From contig CAYTNJ010000001.1 of NCBI GenBank assembly GCA_964439155.1, forward strand, positions 1 to 38,543: DNA of 38,543 nucleotides, written 5' to 3'. Positions 16,813 through 26,149 of this stretch are shown piece after piece. The number at the start of each line of letters is the position of its first letter. Position 1 is the stretch's first letter. The notes beneath the pieces were generated by a model. That model did no database searches. It was not told the origin of the DNA and worked only from the letters and a program-made list of their open reading frames with translations. This DNA comes from an uncultured Candidatus Peribacteria bacterium. GTDB taxonomy: Bacteria > Patescibacteriota > Gracilibacteria > Peribacterales > Peribacteraceae. Both the position numbers and the translations under genes were made by a program.

Positions 16813-17502
16813 TCACGCCCGAAGTCGGCACGCGAGAACGTTCCGCAACTTTTTTTCCATCTCCGCCTTATGGCCGCCGCGCAGGGTCCAATAGCGGTTC
16901 GGCAGGCAGCGCGTACAGTCCGGTTGCAGGTCGATCCGCTCGGATCGCACGCCCAAATCCGTGAGGTGTTTGTGCGCGATCGCGCGCAGGTCGGCGTGCT
17001 GGCCCTCGATGAACGGCGCCCAATCTGCGGGCAATTCTTTCGCCGGGTCCGTGAAGTCCGCGCACTTCTTGCAAAGTGACGGACCGGAGCCCACCCACGT
17101 CTCTTTCGGCTCGATGTTCCATTCCTGCTTCAGCGCTTCGTACAGGGCTGGAAGGATAGTAAGCGAGAGCCCTTTCCATCCCGCATGCACCGTGGCGATC
17201 ACGTGCTTATCGGGCGCATAGACGACGAAGTTCTGACAGTCACCCCAGCGCACGGTAAGCCACAAGTCCGCTTTGTCGGTGGCGATGGCATCGGCCGCAG
17301 GTCCGTGCGTTTCGCTCTCTCGCATCTCCGCTTCACGCACGATGCGCACGGTCTTTCCGTGCACCTGGTCCGTCGACACGATTTTCCCATCGCCAAGGGC
17401 TGAAACGGTAGCGTCATCGCTGGCGATCGCATCTTCTTTTTCGAGAATGCAAACGTCCAATTCCGGGAACGCGGCCAGCAAGGGGAAAGGAGAGCGTTGC
17501 AT
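16813..17502 (-). CDS. pgeF: YfiH/PgeF family (DUF152, laccase-domain) protein
   Basis: DQVHGKTV, GDCQNFVVY, TVHAGWKGL, GPSLCKKCADF. Confidence 0.85.
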   Translation of the reverse strand: MQRSPFPLLAAFPELDVCILEKEDAIASDDATVSALGDGKIVSTDQVHGKTVRIVREAEMRESETHGPAADAIATDKADLWLTVRWGDCQNFVVYAPDKHVIATVHAGWKGLSLTILPALYEALKQEWNIEPKETWVGSGPSLCKKCADFTDPAKELPADWAPFIEGQHADLRAIAHKHLTDLGVRSERIDLQPDCTRCLPNRYWTLRGGHKAEMEKKLRNVLACRLRA

Positions 17503-17505
17503 GAC

Positions 17506-18327
17506 TTAAGCGATGAGCGTGCCGCGTCCCGGCAGATCTTGCTGCAGGCGTCCGCCGCCGTGGAGAATCATCGGGATCGTCTCTATGACGTCCTGCGTGC
17601 GGTAAGAAAATCCTTGCCGCGCCTGCAGATGGTCGCCGGCTTTTTTGATCGTCAACGATGCAAGACGGCACGCTTCGGACCACCGCATGCCCTGTGCGAT
17701 CAGCCCTGCCGCAAGCCCCGCAAGCGCATCTCCCGTGCCGCCGACGGTCAGGCCGGCATTGCCTCCTTCCACTTCCTCCACCTGTCCATCCGGCGATGCG
17801 ATCCGATCGATTTGTCCTTTGCAGAGCAGCGTCACGCCGAACTTCTTTGCTGTCGCCGCCAAGTCTTCCTGCGCGATGCCCATGCGTTCCAACTCTCCCC
17901 TGTGCGGCGTGAGCACGACTGTCTTCTTTCGGACAGCGGCAAGCGTGAACGGCTGCAAGGCCGAGGCATCAAGCACGAGCGGGCATGATGCCGAGGCGAT
18001 AATCTTTTCGATGCACGAAAGTTGCGCCGCATCTCTTCCCAGCCCCGGCCCGATCACCGCGCAGTCGACGGTCGCGAGCAATTCCAAAATAGCATCCACG
18101 TCTTCGCCGCATAGTTCGTCACCCGCGAAAGAGTGGACCTGCGCATTGAGACAGTGCGCCTTCGCCGTTTCTGCATGACAAGCCGGCACGCAGGCGAAAA
18201 GCAGATCGACGCCGCTCGCTTCGGCTGCCAGCAGCGAAAATAGGGGTGCCCCGTGCTGATGGCGCGACCCGCCGATGATGGCGACTTTTCCGTTTTCTCC
18301 TTTGTGCGAATCAGGTACGCGTTGCAT
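17506..18327 (-). CDS. nnrD: ADP-dependent NAD(P)H-hydrate dehydratase (YjeF C-terminal domain type)
   Basis: HKGENGKVAIIGGS, VIGPGLG, LTPHRGE, GGTGDALAGLAAGL. Confidence 0.85.
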   Translation of the reverse strand: MQRVPDSHKGENGKVAIIGGSRHQHGAPLFSLLAAEASGVDLLFACVPACHAETAKAHCLNAQVHSFAGDELCGEDVDAILELLATVDCAVIGPGLGRDAAQLSCIEKIIASASCPLVLDASALQPFTLAAVRKKTVVLTPHRGELERMGIAQEDLAATAKKFGVTLLCKGQIDRIASPDGQVEEVEGGNAGLTVGGTGDALAGLAAGLIAQGMRWSEACRLASLTIKKAGDHLQARQGFSYRTQDVIETIPMILHGGGRLQQDLPGRGTLIA

Positions 18328-18331
18328 GAGG

Positions 18332-19483
18332 TCAGTCTACGGGAGGGGTGCTGCGTTGTCTGCGCTGAAAGTCTTCATAGGCTTCGCCGATGGCGCGCGT
18401 GATGCGCTCGCGGAACACCGCTCGCGAAAATCCTCGGGCGTGCGCTCGTATCGCTTCGCGGTCCCAGGCGTGCTTGTCAAATTGCTCCATGGCCGCTTGC
18501 ACGCTCGCCACTTCCTGCGCGTCGAAGAACAGTCCCGTCTTTCCTTCCACCACCGCGTCCGTCGCGCCGCCCGCGCGGTAGGCGATCGCCGGCGTGCCGC
18601 TGGCGTGCGCCTCGAGCAGCACGATGCCCGCGTCTTCATACTGCGGAAAAAGCAGCGCCTTAGCGTTCGCGTATAAACCGGGAAGCTCTTTGTCCGGCAC
18701 GAAGCCGAGGAATTTTACAGTAGGCCCGGCGAGAGATTTCAAACGTGCTTCATCCTGCCCCGTCCCCGCGATCCACAAGGGCAACTGCAGAACATTCGCC
18801 GTCTCAATCAATAAATCGAAGCGCTTATAGGGCACAAGCCGTCCAACGGCGAGGAAATAGCCGTTCTCACTGTCCTCTGTCCTCCGTCCTCTATCCTCTC
18901 GAATCGTCGTCGCAAAAAATCTGTCGTCGACGGGCGGCGGAATCACGGTGCTCTCGCGATTGTAAATGCGCGAAATCCTTTCCTGCGTCGTCGCCGAGTT
19001 GGCAAGGAACACATCCACTCTCTTGGCCGTCGTCAAATCCCATTTGCGTATCTTCATGAGCTCGCGCTTGATGGGGCGTTGCAGCAATTTCGGCACGCGG
19101 AAGTCGCGCAGGTACAGATCTTCCATTTCCCACGCATAACGAATCGGCGTGTGGCAGTAACACACGTGCAGACAGCCGGGCCGGGGAACGATCCCTTTGG
19201 CCACCGCATGCGACGAACTCAAGACCACGTCGTACCCCGACAGATCGAAACGCTCGATCGCGCGCGGCATCCAGGGCAATAAAATCTGGTGGTTGCCGAG
19301 CAACTTGTACCATCGCTGCAGCGGCGACGTGCGAATGTCCGCTTTATCGATGGGGCCGAGCCGGCCTTTGCGCGCCACGGTGGTGAAGAGCGGGGCTTCG
19401 GGAAACAGTTCGATCAGTTCCGCCAGCACGTGTTCCGCGCCGCCAAAAGTGGTGAGCCAGTCGGCGACTAACGCAAGTCTCAT
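18332..19483 (-). CDS. GT4-family (GT-B fold) glycosyltransferase
   Basis: MRLALVADWLTTFGGAEHV and EDAGIVLLEAHASGTPAIAYRAGGATDAVVEGKTG (E-x7-E region). Confidence 0.85.
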   Translation of the reverse strand: MRLALVADWLTTFGGAEHVLAELIELFPEAPLFTTVARKGRLGPIDKADIRTSPLQRWYKLLGNHQILLPWMPRAIERFDLSGYDVVLSSSHAVAKGIVPRPGCLHVCYCHTPIRYAWEMEDLYLRDFRVPKLLQRPIKRELMKIRKWDLTTAKRVDVFLANSATTQERISRIYNRESTVIPPPVDDRFFATTIREDRGRRTEDSENGYFLAVGRLVPYKRFDLLIETANVLQLPLWIAGTGQDEARLKSLAGPTVKFLGFVPDKELPGLYANAKALLFPQYEDAGIVLLEAHASGTPAIAYRAGGATDAVVEGKTGLFFDAQEVASVQAAMEQFDKHAWDREAIRAHARGFSRAVFRERITRAIGEAYEDFQRRQRSTPPVD

Positions 19484-19507
19484 GGAGCGATGGTATCATG
19501 ACTCCCG

Positions 19508-20461
19508 ATGCTTAAGTCGCCTCGCCGGCTGCCGCAACGGTACAACCGCCGCGTGACGTCGTATACCGACCGTCTGGTGAAGTCCCGCAACATGCGCCAT
19601 CGCAAGTATGCGCGCGAGCGGTTTTTCCGCACGTTCCAGCGGTTTCAGCGAAAGTTGCCGGCGCTGCGCAAGACCGTGCTGCGCTTCGGCGGATTGCTCG
19701 GGCTTGGGCTCGTGGCGATGCTGGTCGGCCTCGCGTTTTGGTCCCCCATCCTGCAGCTGCGCGACATCCGCGTGGGCCGCACCGATCCGCGCATCGAGGA
19801 AGAATTGGTGCAATCGGCGCTTCGCCCGTTGCTCGGCAAGCACATGCTCTTCTTGAATACGCAAGACATAGCGCCGCTCCTTACGGCCGCCCTCCCCCGC
19901 GTCGACCGCAGCGCCGTGCCCGACTTGCTCAGCGTCACCGTGCGCAAGGATTATCCGTCGTCGCTCTCCGTGCGCATCGCCCTCGATCCCCTCATTGCGC
20001 GCCTGGCCATGCGCGAGCCCGCCGGGCAAGCCGATACCGCGCCCAAAACGCAAACCGGGGAGGTGATCACGAGTGATTTTCTCACGAGCAAAGGCATGTA
20101 CGCGCCTTACCTGCCGTCGCAGGTGGGAAGCGGCACAGCGCTGCCTCTCTTCACCATCGTCGACTGGGGCGCGCGCCCGGTGCCGTGGACAACACTCATC
20201 GAGCCCGATTTTTTAAAGACGATGCAGGATGCTGAAAAAGAACTGAAAGACCAATTCAGCCAGCCCGTTTCCGAACGCCAAATGTTCATCCGCGCCCGCG
20301 AGTTCCATCTCAAAACGCCCGCGCACGAACTGTGGTTCGACGTGCGCAGTCCCCTGGCCGAACAACTCGAACGCTACCGTCTTTTCCTCCGCACCGTCGG
20401 CGCCCCGATGGCCAAACAGTACGTGGATCTGCGCTTGGCGGACAGAGTGGTCTATCGCTAA
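19508..20461 (+). CDS. ftsQ: FtsQ/DivIB-like cell-division protein (basic N-terminus, TM, POTRA)
   Basis: TM helix LGLGLVAMLVGLAFW, then LQLRDIRVGRTDPRIEEELVQSALRPLLGKHMLFLNTQDI (POTRA-like). TATCAT at 19494-19499 lies 8 nt before the ATG. Alternative start at M29. Confidence 0.6.
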   Translation: MLKSPRRLPQRYNRRVTSYTDRLVKSRNMRHRKYARERFFRTFQRFQRKLPALRKTVLRFGGLLGLGLVAMLVGLAFWSPILQLRDIRVGRTDPRIEEELVQSALRPLLGKHMLFLNTQDIAPLLTAALPRVDRSAVPDLLSVTVRKDYPSSLSVRIALDPLIARLAMREPAGQADTAPKTQTGEVITSDFLTSKGMYAPYLPSQVGSGTALPLFTIVDWGARPVPWTTLIEPDFLKTMQDAEKELKDQFSQPVSERQMFIRAREFHLKTPAHELWFDVRSPLAEQLERYRLFLRTVGAPMAKQYVDLRLADRVVYR

Positions 20462-20546
20462 GCCTGTTTGACAGAGAAAGAATTATAGGGTCATAAACCT
20501 ATTCTTTCAGTAGTCTGCCCCCCTCCCATCCGCTAGACTGCGACCA

Positions 20547-21407
20547 ATGTACGGACCCGTACTTTCCGTCTTACTGATGGGCATGATTCCCGTGTGGGGA
20601 GCGCAGCCTGCGGCGAGCATTTTGCCCGCCTCGATCGGCGTGGCCGCACCCGCGGAAACGGAGCATTTGCAAGCGTTGCAAGAGGCGGCAAAAACCCTCA
20701 CCGCCTCGGGCATTGTGGTGGTCGACATGGATAGCGGCCAGACCATTTTCGAAGCGGGAAGCAGCACCTCGCGCCCCATGGCCAGCCTTACCAAGCTCAT
20801 GACGGCCCTGATCATCGCCGAGAACCACCAGCTCGACGAGCAAGTGCGCGTTCCCTCCGGTATCGACAAAGTCGACGGCACCGTGGCCCGCTTGAAAGCG
20901 GGCGACGTGTACACGGTGGGCGACATGCTTTCCATCACGCTCATCATGTCCGCCAACGACGCCGCGGTGGCATTGGCCACGCATCACTCGGGCTCGGTGC
21001 CCGATTTTGTCGACGAGATGAATGCGCGAGCGCGCAGCCTGGGGCTCAAAGATACCCTCTACGAAAATCCCACGGGCCTGGACGCACCCAAACAAGTCTC
21101 CTCCCCGCGTGACATCGCCTGGCTTGCCATGTACGTGCTCCGCCACCCCGACATCGCCCAGCGCATGGGCACCAAGGCCGCCGTCATCACCAGCCGCGCG
21201 GGCACCCAAATTTCCCTCTCCCACACGCATGACCTTCTGCATTCGTCGTCCGACGTGATCGCCGGCAAAACGGGCACCACCGACGAAGCGGGCCAATGCC
21301 TTTTCTCCGTCGTCATCCACAAAAATCGGCGCTACGGCATAGTGTTGCTACATTCCGCCGACCGTTACGCCGACATGCGCAAAGCCCTGAAAGCCTTCGA
21401 AGTCTGA
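20547..21407 (+). CDS. D-alanyl-D-alanine carboxypeptidase, S11 (PBP5/DacB-like)
   Basis: SLTK (SxxK), SAND (SxN), KTGTT (KTG), N-terminal signal sequence. Confidence 0.85.
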   Translation: MYGPVLSVLLMGMIPVWGAQPAASILPASIGVAAPAETEHLQALQEAAKTLTASGIVVVDMDSGQTIFEAGSSTSRPMASLTKLMTALIIAENHQLDEQVRVPSGIDKVDGTVARLKAGDVYTVGDMLSITLIMSANDAAVALATHHSGSVPDFVDEMNARARSLGLKDTLYENPTGLDAPKQVSSPRDIAWLAMYVLRHPDIAQRMGTKAAVITSRAGTQISLSHTHDLLHSSSDVIAGKTGTTDEAGQCLFSVVIHKNRRYGIVLLHSADRYADMRKALKAFEV

Positions 21408-21414
21408 TCCTCTC

Positions 21415-22455
21415 ATGCAACATCCGCTCCGTCGCTGGCTCTCGCTTCGCATCCGCATCCTCTGCGCGGTGTGCTTGCTGACGGGTTCCCTGCTGCCGCC
21501 GTATATTCCGCCCGACGCGTTGGCCAACCAAGAGGCGATTGATATCGACACGCCCCAGCTGCTACTGGTGGAAGACGGCTTTCTCATGAAATCATCATCC
21601 CTTACCGAACAAGGCTCGCGCAGAATCTACGCCGAGTGGCTCACGCACGTGGTGCGTGACGGCGAAAAACTCACGCAAATCGCCGCGCAATACCAGGTGA
21701 AACCCGAAACCATCATCTGGGTGAACAAGCTCCCGGCTAATACCCCCGTCAAAGCCGGGCAGGAGCTCATCATTTTGCCCGTCGACGGCGTGCTGCACAC
21801 CGTTACCCGCGGGCAAACGCTTTCACGCATCGCCGAACTTTACAGTATACCCACCGCCGACATCCGCGCCCAAAATAAATTGGAAGGCGACTTCATCCTC
21901 GCGGGCCAGGAACTCATCGTCCCCGGCGCAAAGCCCATCGTCGATAAACCCACGCAAGTCGCCGCGGTGCCCGGCACCACTCCCAAGCCCGGCGCCAAAC
22001 CCGTGCAAGTCTCTCCCGGCAAAAAGCCCGACGTGGCCGCCACTCCCAGCTACGGCGTGCTGCAAATGCCCTGCAACAACTGCTACTACACGCAATACTT
22101 CGGCCCCGGCCACTACGCGGTCGACATTCAAACCAAAGGCGGCGGCCCCATCTTCGCGGCCGAAGACGGCACGGTCATCCGCGCGGACGGACGCAAGGGC
22201 GGCGAAAACGGCGGCAGCGACCAGTGGAACGGCGGCTACGGCAATGTGATCGAAGTCTCCCATGGCAACGGCCTTGTCACCCTCTACGCCCACAACAAAG
22301 AGCTCTACGTGAACAAAGGCGACACCATCAAGCGCGGCCAAGTGATCGCCTGGATGGGCCGCACCGGTCGCGTGTACGGCAAAACCGGCATCCACACACA
22401 CTTTGAAGTGCGCGTGAACGGTGTCAAAAAGAATCCGCTGCTTTACCTTAAATAG
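21415..22455 (+). CDS. LysM (x2) plus M23 peptidoglycan hydrolase
   Basis: Two LysM units (HVVRDGEKLTQIAAQYQV..., HTVTRGQTLSRIAELYSI...), HYAVD (HxxxD), GIHTHFEV (HxH). Confidence 0.88.
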   Translation: MQHPLRRWLSLRIRILCAVCLLTGSLLPPYIPPDALANQEAIDIDTPQLLLVEDGFLMKSSSLTEQGSRRIYAEWLTHVVRDGEKLTQIAAQYQVKPETIIWVNKLPANTPVKAGQELIILPVDGVLHTVTRGQTLSRIAELYSIPTADIRAQNKLEGDFILAGQELIVPGAKPIVDKPTQVAAVPGTTPKPGAKPVQVSPGKKPDVAATPSYGVLQMPCNNCYYTQYFGPGHYAVDIQTKGGGPIFAAEDGTVIRADGRKGGENGGSDQWNGGYGNVIEVSHGNGLVTLYAHNKELYVNKGDTIKRGQVIAWMGRTGRVYGKTGIHTHFEVRVNGVKKNPLLYLK

Positions 22456-22470
22456 GGGAAAGAGTGGGAT

Positions 22471-22499
22471 TTGCCAAAAAGTACTAAATAGTATATAAT
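22471..22499 (+). promoter_or_regulatory. sigma70-like promoter
   Basis: TTGCCA-N17-TATAAT, ending 15 nt before ATG 22515. Confidence 0.45.
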
Positions 22500-22514
22500 A
22501 GTAAAGAAACACCC

Positions 22515-22634
22515 ATGGACTCCCAAACACCCCACGCGCCCGCTTCGCTCTTCCGTCCGCACTTCATCGCGGCTGTCATCGCCTGGGCGCTATTCGCGGG
22601 CGTTTGCGTGATCGTGGCGAATGGGATTGCATGA
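22515..22634 (+). CDS. Possible 39-aa single-TM small protein
   Basis: ATG..TGA gives MDSQTPHAPASLFRPHFIAAVIAWALFAGVCVIVANGIA. Below the track cut-off. GC-rich third positions and a good promoter upstream. No SD. Confidence 0.35.
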   Translation: MDSQTPHAPASLFRPHFIAAVIAWALFAGVCVIVANGIA

Positions 22635-22677
22635 AAAAAGCCGAGAGCCGCATTCACGGGATCGGCGGTTATAACGA

Positions 22678-22754
22678 TGGCGGGACCGACGGGACTCGAA
22701 CCCGCGACCTCCACAGTGACAGTGTGGCGTTCTAGCCAGCTGAACTACGGTCCC
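22678..22754 (-). tRNA. tRNA-Asp: tRNA-Asp (anticodon GTC), CCA end encoded
   Basis: Reverse strand GGGACCG-TA-GTTC-AGCTGGCTA-GAAC-G-CCACA-CTGTCAC-TGTGG-AGGTC-GCGGG-TTCGAGT-CCCGT-CGGTCCC-G-CCA. 77 nt. Confidence 0.93.
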
Positions 22755-22889
22755 AATTGATGAACAATCCGAAAGAGCAGTCCTTCCCTACGGGAAGCTG
22801 CGAAACCCTACCAGGAACCCCAGGGGGGCGCAATATGGTCTGGATGCTTTTTGGCTACCCCTGCGTATCCATGCAGAGATTCCGTGAAT

Positions 22890-22918
22890 TTGACAATATT
22901 ATAGTTTTAAATTTAAAT
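22890..22918 (+). promoter_or_regulatory. sigma70-like promoter in an AT-rich spacer
   Basis: TTGACA-N17-TTAAAT (or N18-TAAATA). About 85 nt upstream of GTG 23007. Confidence 0.45.
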
Positions 22919-23006
22919 ACTAATAGTCTGATAACGGGATCGAAACTTGGAAACGCGGCATTTCCCGTTTGGGATGTCGCTCATTCACCCACAGAAGGAG
23001 TGCGAA

Positions 23007-24107
23007 GTGACGAAGAGCGTTCTCTTATACGGAAACGACAAAGGGGCCATGACAGTTCTTCAGGCAGTGGAACAGGCGGCGCAAGCGACGGAATTTGGCG
23101 AGCTGAACCTGTACCGCATCCAGGGGGACAATGTGCCCGTGTCGGAGGAGGATTGGGGGCGCCTGGCGACAAGCGATGCTGTCATTTTCGGCATTTCCTC
23201 GGGAATGCCCGAAGCACTGCTCGCCTCCTGGGCATTGGGCAAAAACCCAGCCCTCGCCGGAAAAATCTTCTTCATGGAAGACTTTCCCGGGAGTTCCGGC
23301 ATCCACAGCGATGTGCTGAAGGGCATCGGCAAACAACTGCGGCTCTGCAGCATTCTGCCGCTGCCTCTCGATGCGCCGGAGCGCGATGTCTATGGTGCCG
23401 TCCACACTGTCGGCTGCCCGGATCATTGGGTGCCGTCCATGCGGCAGATCCAAGAGGGAACCACTGCGCGGCAGGGTGCGACACTGAGGAAACGGCGACG
23501 CGGAATGGAAGAGGCGGTGTCGCTTTCGCCCAACGAGCTGGTGGTCTACGTCACGGGATTCAAGGATCCGGTGATGGAACTCAAGGCTCTGCGGCATCTG
23601 CGGTCTCTCAGTTCCATGGAAGGACCGCCGTTCCTCGTCCACTTCCGCGCTCATCCTGGCGAGCGGGCCAATCCCAAACTGGCAGAGGCGATTCTGGAGC
23701 GCGATGCCCTGCTCCAGGGTGACTGGGAAATCGTGGTTCCTCCGCACGTCGATCAAAAGCTCGTGGAGCCATGGATGATCGGCGTCGCTGATGTCACGGT
23801 GGTCTTCTCGGGCTCAACCTCTCAATTCTGGGGGGCTGCCGCTCGCAAGAAAATGGTCTGCCCCAGGGAATTCGAACTGGGAAGGACCACCAAAACCTCG
23901 TCCTACGACTACGCGCTCGTGGAGCGTAGTGTTCACGTCGTCAAACGCGTGGACGAACTCGGCGGCGCGATCGGGGCGTTGGTCGTCAAGAACTCACCCG
24001 AGGCGGCCGCGCTGCTTGCCAAGCAGGAGAAAAATGCCTTTTCCTTCGGTGATGACGACGGGGTCAGTCACGGAAAAAATGTCCTGCAGCTCGTGAAAGA
24101 TTCATGA
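23007..24107 (+). CDS. Orphan protein with a two-Rossmann-half, GT-B / UDP-GlcNAc-2-epimerase-like pattern
   Basis: The track ORF starts at TTG 22947. GTG 23007 is in frame and preceded by AAGGAG (22995-23000, 6-nt spacer). The C-terminal half (FLVHFRAHPGE ... ADVTVVFSGSTSQFWGAAARKKMVC) resembles the HP...(D/S)SGG..E.. layout of GT-B/epimerase_2 proteins. This is a weak, by-eye call. Confidence 0.55.
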   Translation: MTKSVLLYGNDKGAMTVLQAVEQAAQATEFGELNLYRIQGDNVPVSEEDWGRLATSDAVIFGISSGMPEALLASWALGKNPALAGKIFFMEDFPGSSGIHSDVLKGIGKQLRLCSILPLPLDAPERDVYGAVHTVGCPDHWVPSMRQIQEGTTARQGATLRKRRRGMEEAVSLSPNELVVYVTGFKDPVMELKALRHLRSLSSMEGPPFLVHFRAHPGERANPKLAEAILERDALLQGDWEIVVPPHVDQKLVEPWMIGVADVTVVFSGSTSQFWGAAARKKMVCPREFELGRTTKTSSYDYALVERSVHVVKRVDELGGAIGALVVKNSPEAAALLAKQEKNAFSFGDDDGVSHGKNVLQLVKDS

Positions 24108-24124
24108 GCTGAACTACCAACAAG

Positions 24125-24154
24125 GGGTCATCGGTGGAACCGATGGCCCTATTT
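24125..24154 (+). terminator. Intrinsic terminator after the 23007 gene
   Basis: GGGTCATCGG-TGGAA-CCGATGGCCC (10 bp, one G-U), then TATTT. Confidence 0.5.
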
Positions 24155-24268
24155 AGCATTGTGCTCATCAATACCGTTCGCCCGCATTCGCAAAACTATG
24201 ATGTTTGCCAAGTAATTGGACACCGGCGCAATTTCTCTCGGTGACTCATACTCGTACACTTCCCAGCC

Positions 24269-24985
24269 ATGCGTCCCCTGCACAGGTGCATGGCCAGTAT
24301 CCCCTTGTATTTCGCGCTGGCGGGATGCGCCATCACGGCGGCATCGGTGCCTTTGGTAGAGCAAGGAAAAGGCGAAAACCTTGCGGGCGTGATGAATCAT
24401 TCCTGGGCGCGCCAAGCGATCGGCGAGAGCGGGGTGAGCATCGAATTTCCCACGGCGTTAACGGTGCAAAAAGTGGGCGGCGAAACGGGCATGTCGGCTT
24501 TTTACGAACTCCTCGGTTCGGGCGCGCATCTGTACGCCCTCAATGTGCCGGGCCAAATCGCACTCAAGGATTTGCAGTGTGACAATCTGCCCGACGGCAT
24601 CACGGCGTTGCTCTCTGTCGATCTAAAGCAGCACCACCGGTGCTCCATCATCGATGGTGCACTCATCGTGATCGGCTTCGGCCAGGCAGGTGAAGGCGCC
24701 ACTATCGATACGCAAATGCTGCTCGCGGGAACAGACGAAGTGGTGCTCCTCGAAAACTTACTCTCGATCGAGCAACTCAGCCCCGCTGCCGATCGTGCGT
24801 TGAAAGACTATTACCTCAAACACCCCGAACTCACGCAGATCTGGCTCACCGAGCCGAGCGGCAAAGCGATCGATGCGCAGTTGCGCAAAATTCTCCAAGG
24901 AGATTTACAAAAGCCCTCCGTCGGCATCGTCTCGGCGATGGCCTTTTTGGAGCGCGTGGCGCAGAGCGCGCGGTGGGAGGAGTGA
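24269..24985 (+). CDS. Putative lipoprotein, unknown function
   Basis: MRPLHRCMASIPLYFALAGC has an LAGC lipobox. No recognisable domain. Confidence 0.6.
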   Translation: MRPLHRCMASIPLYFALAGCAITAASVPLVEQGKGENLAGVMNHSWARQAIGESGVSIEFPTALTVQKVGGETGMSAFYELLGSGAHLYALNVPGQIALKDLQCDNLPDGITALLSVDLKQHHRCSIIDGALIVIGFGQAGEGATIDTQMLLAGTDEVVLLENLLSIEQLSPAADRALKDYYLKHPELTQIWLTEPSGKAIDAQLRKILQGDLQKPSVGIVSAMAFLERVAQSARWEE

Positions 24986-25010
24986 GGCTGTAGAGAATGG
25001 AAGGGTTCGG

Positions 25011-26087
25011 TTATTCCCGCGGCGGAAAACTCACCTGCTTGAGCGTGAATGGGCCGGGAACGACATCTGCAGCGATGCGTCGCAAGCGTAGAGCATTGCT
25101 CCCCAATGTCTCTTCGATTGTCGCTATTTCCGTCGCAGTAAGATCCGTGCAATCCGTGATCTGGCAGCCACCGCGACGGAATACGAGATTTGCTCTGCAG
25201 GAATGCGCCAAGCGAATGTCGGGCTGACGCACGATGAAACGCAGAGTGATAGTCGTGAGATGCAACGCAGCCGGCTGCTCACCGTCCACGACGGGAAAGC
25301 ACTGCACGTCATACGCATCCAGCGGCAATTCGACGCTGCGTTGCACGGGGATCTCTCGCGAGAGTGTGTCGGCTGCTTGATCGTGTTGCGGAGTTTTTCC
25401 TGAAAACAGAGCCTCTGCGATGATTTTCTGTCGATCGTCATCCATCACCAATGTTCCTTCATGAGTCACGGCTTGCGGTTGTCGTGTCTCGACAAGGGGC
25501 GCCACAAGCTGCTGTCGCTCGGGAACGAACGGCGCCGGCGTGATGATGCCTCTTTCCTGGAGACGCTTGATGATGTCGTCGGGCGAAGGTCCATGCTGTT
25601 TCGGCTGCGCCGTTTTCATCGCGGCTTCTCTGATGCGCGCATCCGCCTGCGCAGCGTACCGCTTCTGCTCTTCTTTCAGTGCTCTCGCCGTTTCCTCACG
25701 AATATTGCGCTGAATATCCTCCAGCGATTTTCCCGTATCTATTACCTGCTGCCGAAGGACGAACAGCCGTTGCTGCGTCTCCAACTCGTTCGCCGACGCC
25801 TCATGTTGTTTGGCATCCTTCGTTTCTTTCAAGCGCCTTCCCACTTCCTCGATTTTTTCTCGGAAGGCGATGAGCGCCACCACCAAGGCAGGAAGAGCCT
25901 GCTCAGCTGCGGCCTCTTCGACCGCCTGCTTATCCAAACAAAACTGCACGCTTTGCTGATCATGCCTTCCCGCGAGGCCCATCCATGTTTGATACATGGC
26001 GGCTGTTTTCTTGGCCGCGGCAAAAGGCTTTTCGGCGATTTCCCACTGCTTTTCCAAATCGGCCCAGTCCTTATGTTCCTGACTCAT
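25011..26087 (-). CDS. Hypothetical coiled-coil protein with a Cys-containing C-terminal domain
   Basis: 358-aa ORF from an ATG. The N-terminal two-thirds are E/K/Q/A-rich helical sequence. No motif recognised. Confidence 0.6.
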   Translation of the reverse strand: MSQEHKDWADLEKQWEIAEKPFAAAKKTAAMYQTWMGLAGRHDQQSVQFCLDKQAVEEAAAEQALPALVVALIAFREKIEEVGRRLKETKDAKQHEASANELETQQRLFVLRQQVIDTGKSLEDIQRNIREETARALKEEQKRYAAQADARIREAAMKTAQPKQHGPSPDDIIKRLQERGIITPAPFVPERQQLVAPLVETRQPQAVTHEGTLVMDDDRQKIIAEALFSGKTPQHDQAADTLSREIPVQRSVELPLDAYDVQCFPVVDGEQPAALHLTTITLRFIVRQPDIRLAHSCRANLVFRRGGCQITDCTDLTATEIATIEETLGSNALRLRRIAADVVPGPFTLKQVSFPPRE

Positions 26088-26093
26088 AACCGC

Positions 26094-26121
26094 ATAATGA
26101 ACTGTTTATTTACTCAGTCAA
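26094..26121 (-). promoter_or_regulatory. sigma70-like promoter placed for a leaderless transcript
   Basis: Reverse strand TTGACT-N16-CATTAT. Only 6 nt separate the -10 from ATG 26087. Confidence 0.4.
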
Positions 26122-26149
26122 GTGCCTCTGAAAGTCGACGAAATTCGTC

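Noticed and set aside
20507-22530. Minus-strand ORFs 20507..20980, 20571..21320 and 21823..22530 opposite the DD-carboxypeptidase and LysM-M23 genes
   Set aside because: The plus frames carry SxxK/SxN/KTG and LysM/HxxxD/HxH motifs. The antisense products are featureless.
22484-22714. 76-aa minus-strand ORF
   Set aside because: It overlaps tRNA-Asp and the better-supported plus-strand 39-codon ORF and its promoter. No start context.
22757-23756. 321-aa plus ORF (22757..23722) and 243-aa minus ORF (23025..23756)
   Set aside because: Off-frame or antisense to the 23007..24107 ORF. The 321-aa ORF would also run through the AT-rich promoter spacer, and its product is R/G/A-rich.
24149-24415. 88-aa minus-strand ORF
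   Set aside because: It overlaps the start of the lipoprotein gene and the terminator hairpin of the upstream gene. No start signals, and the product is implausible.
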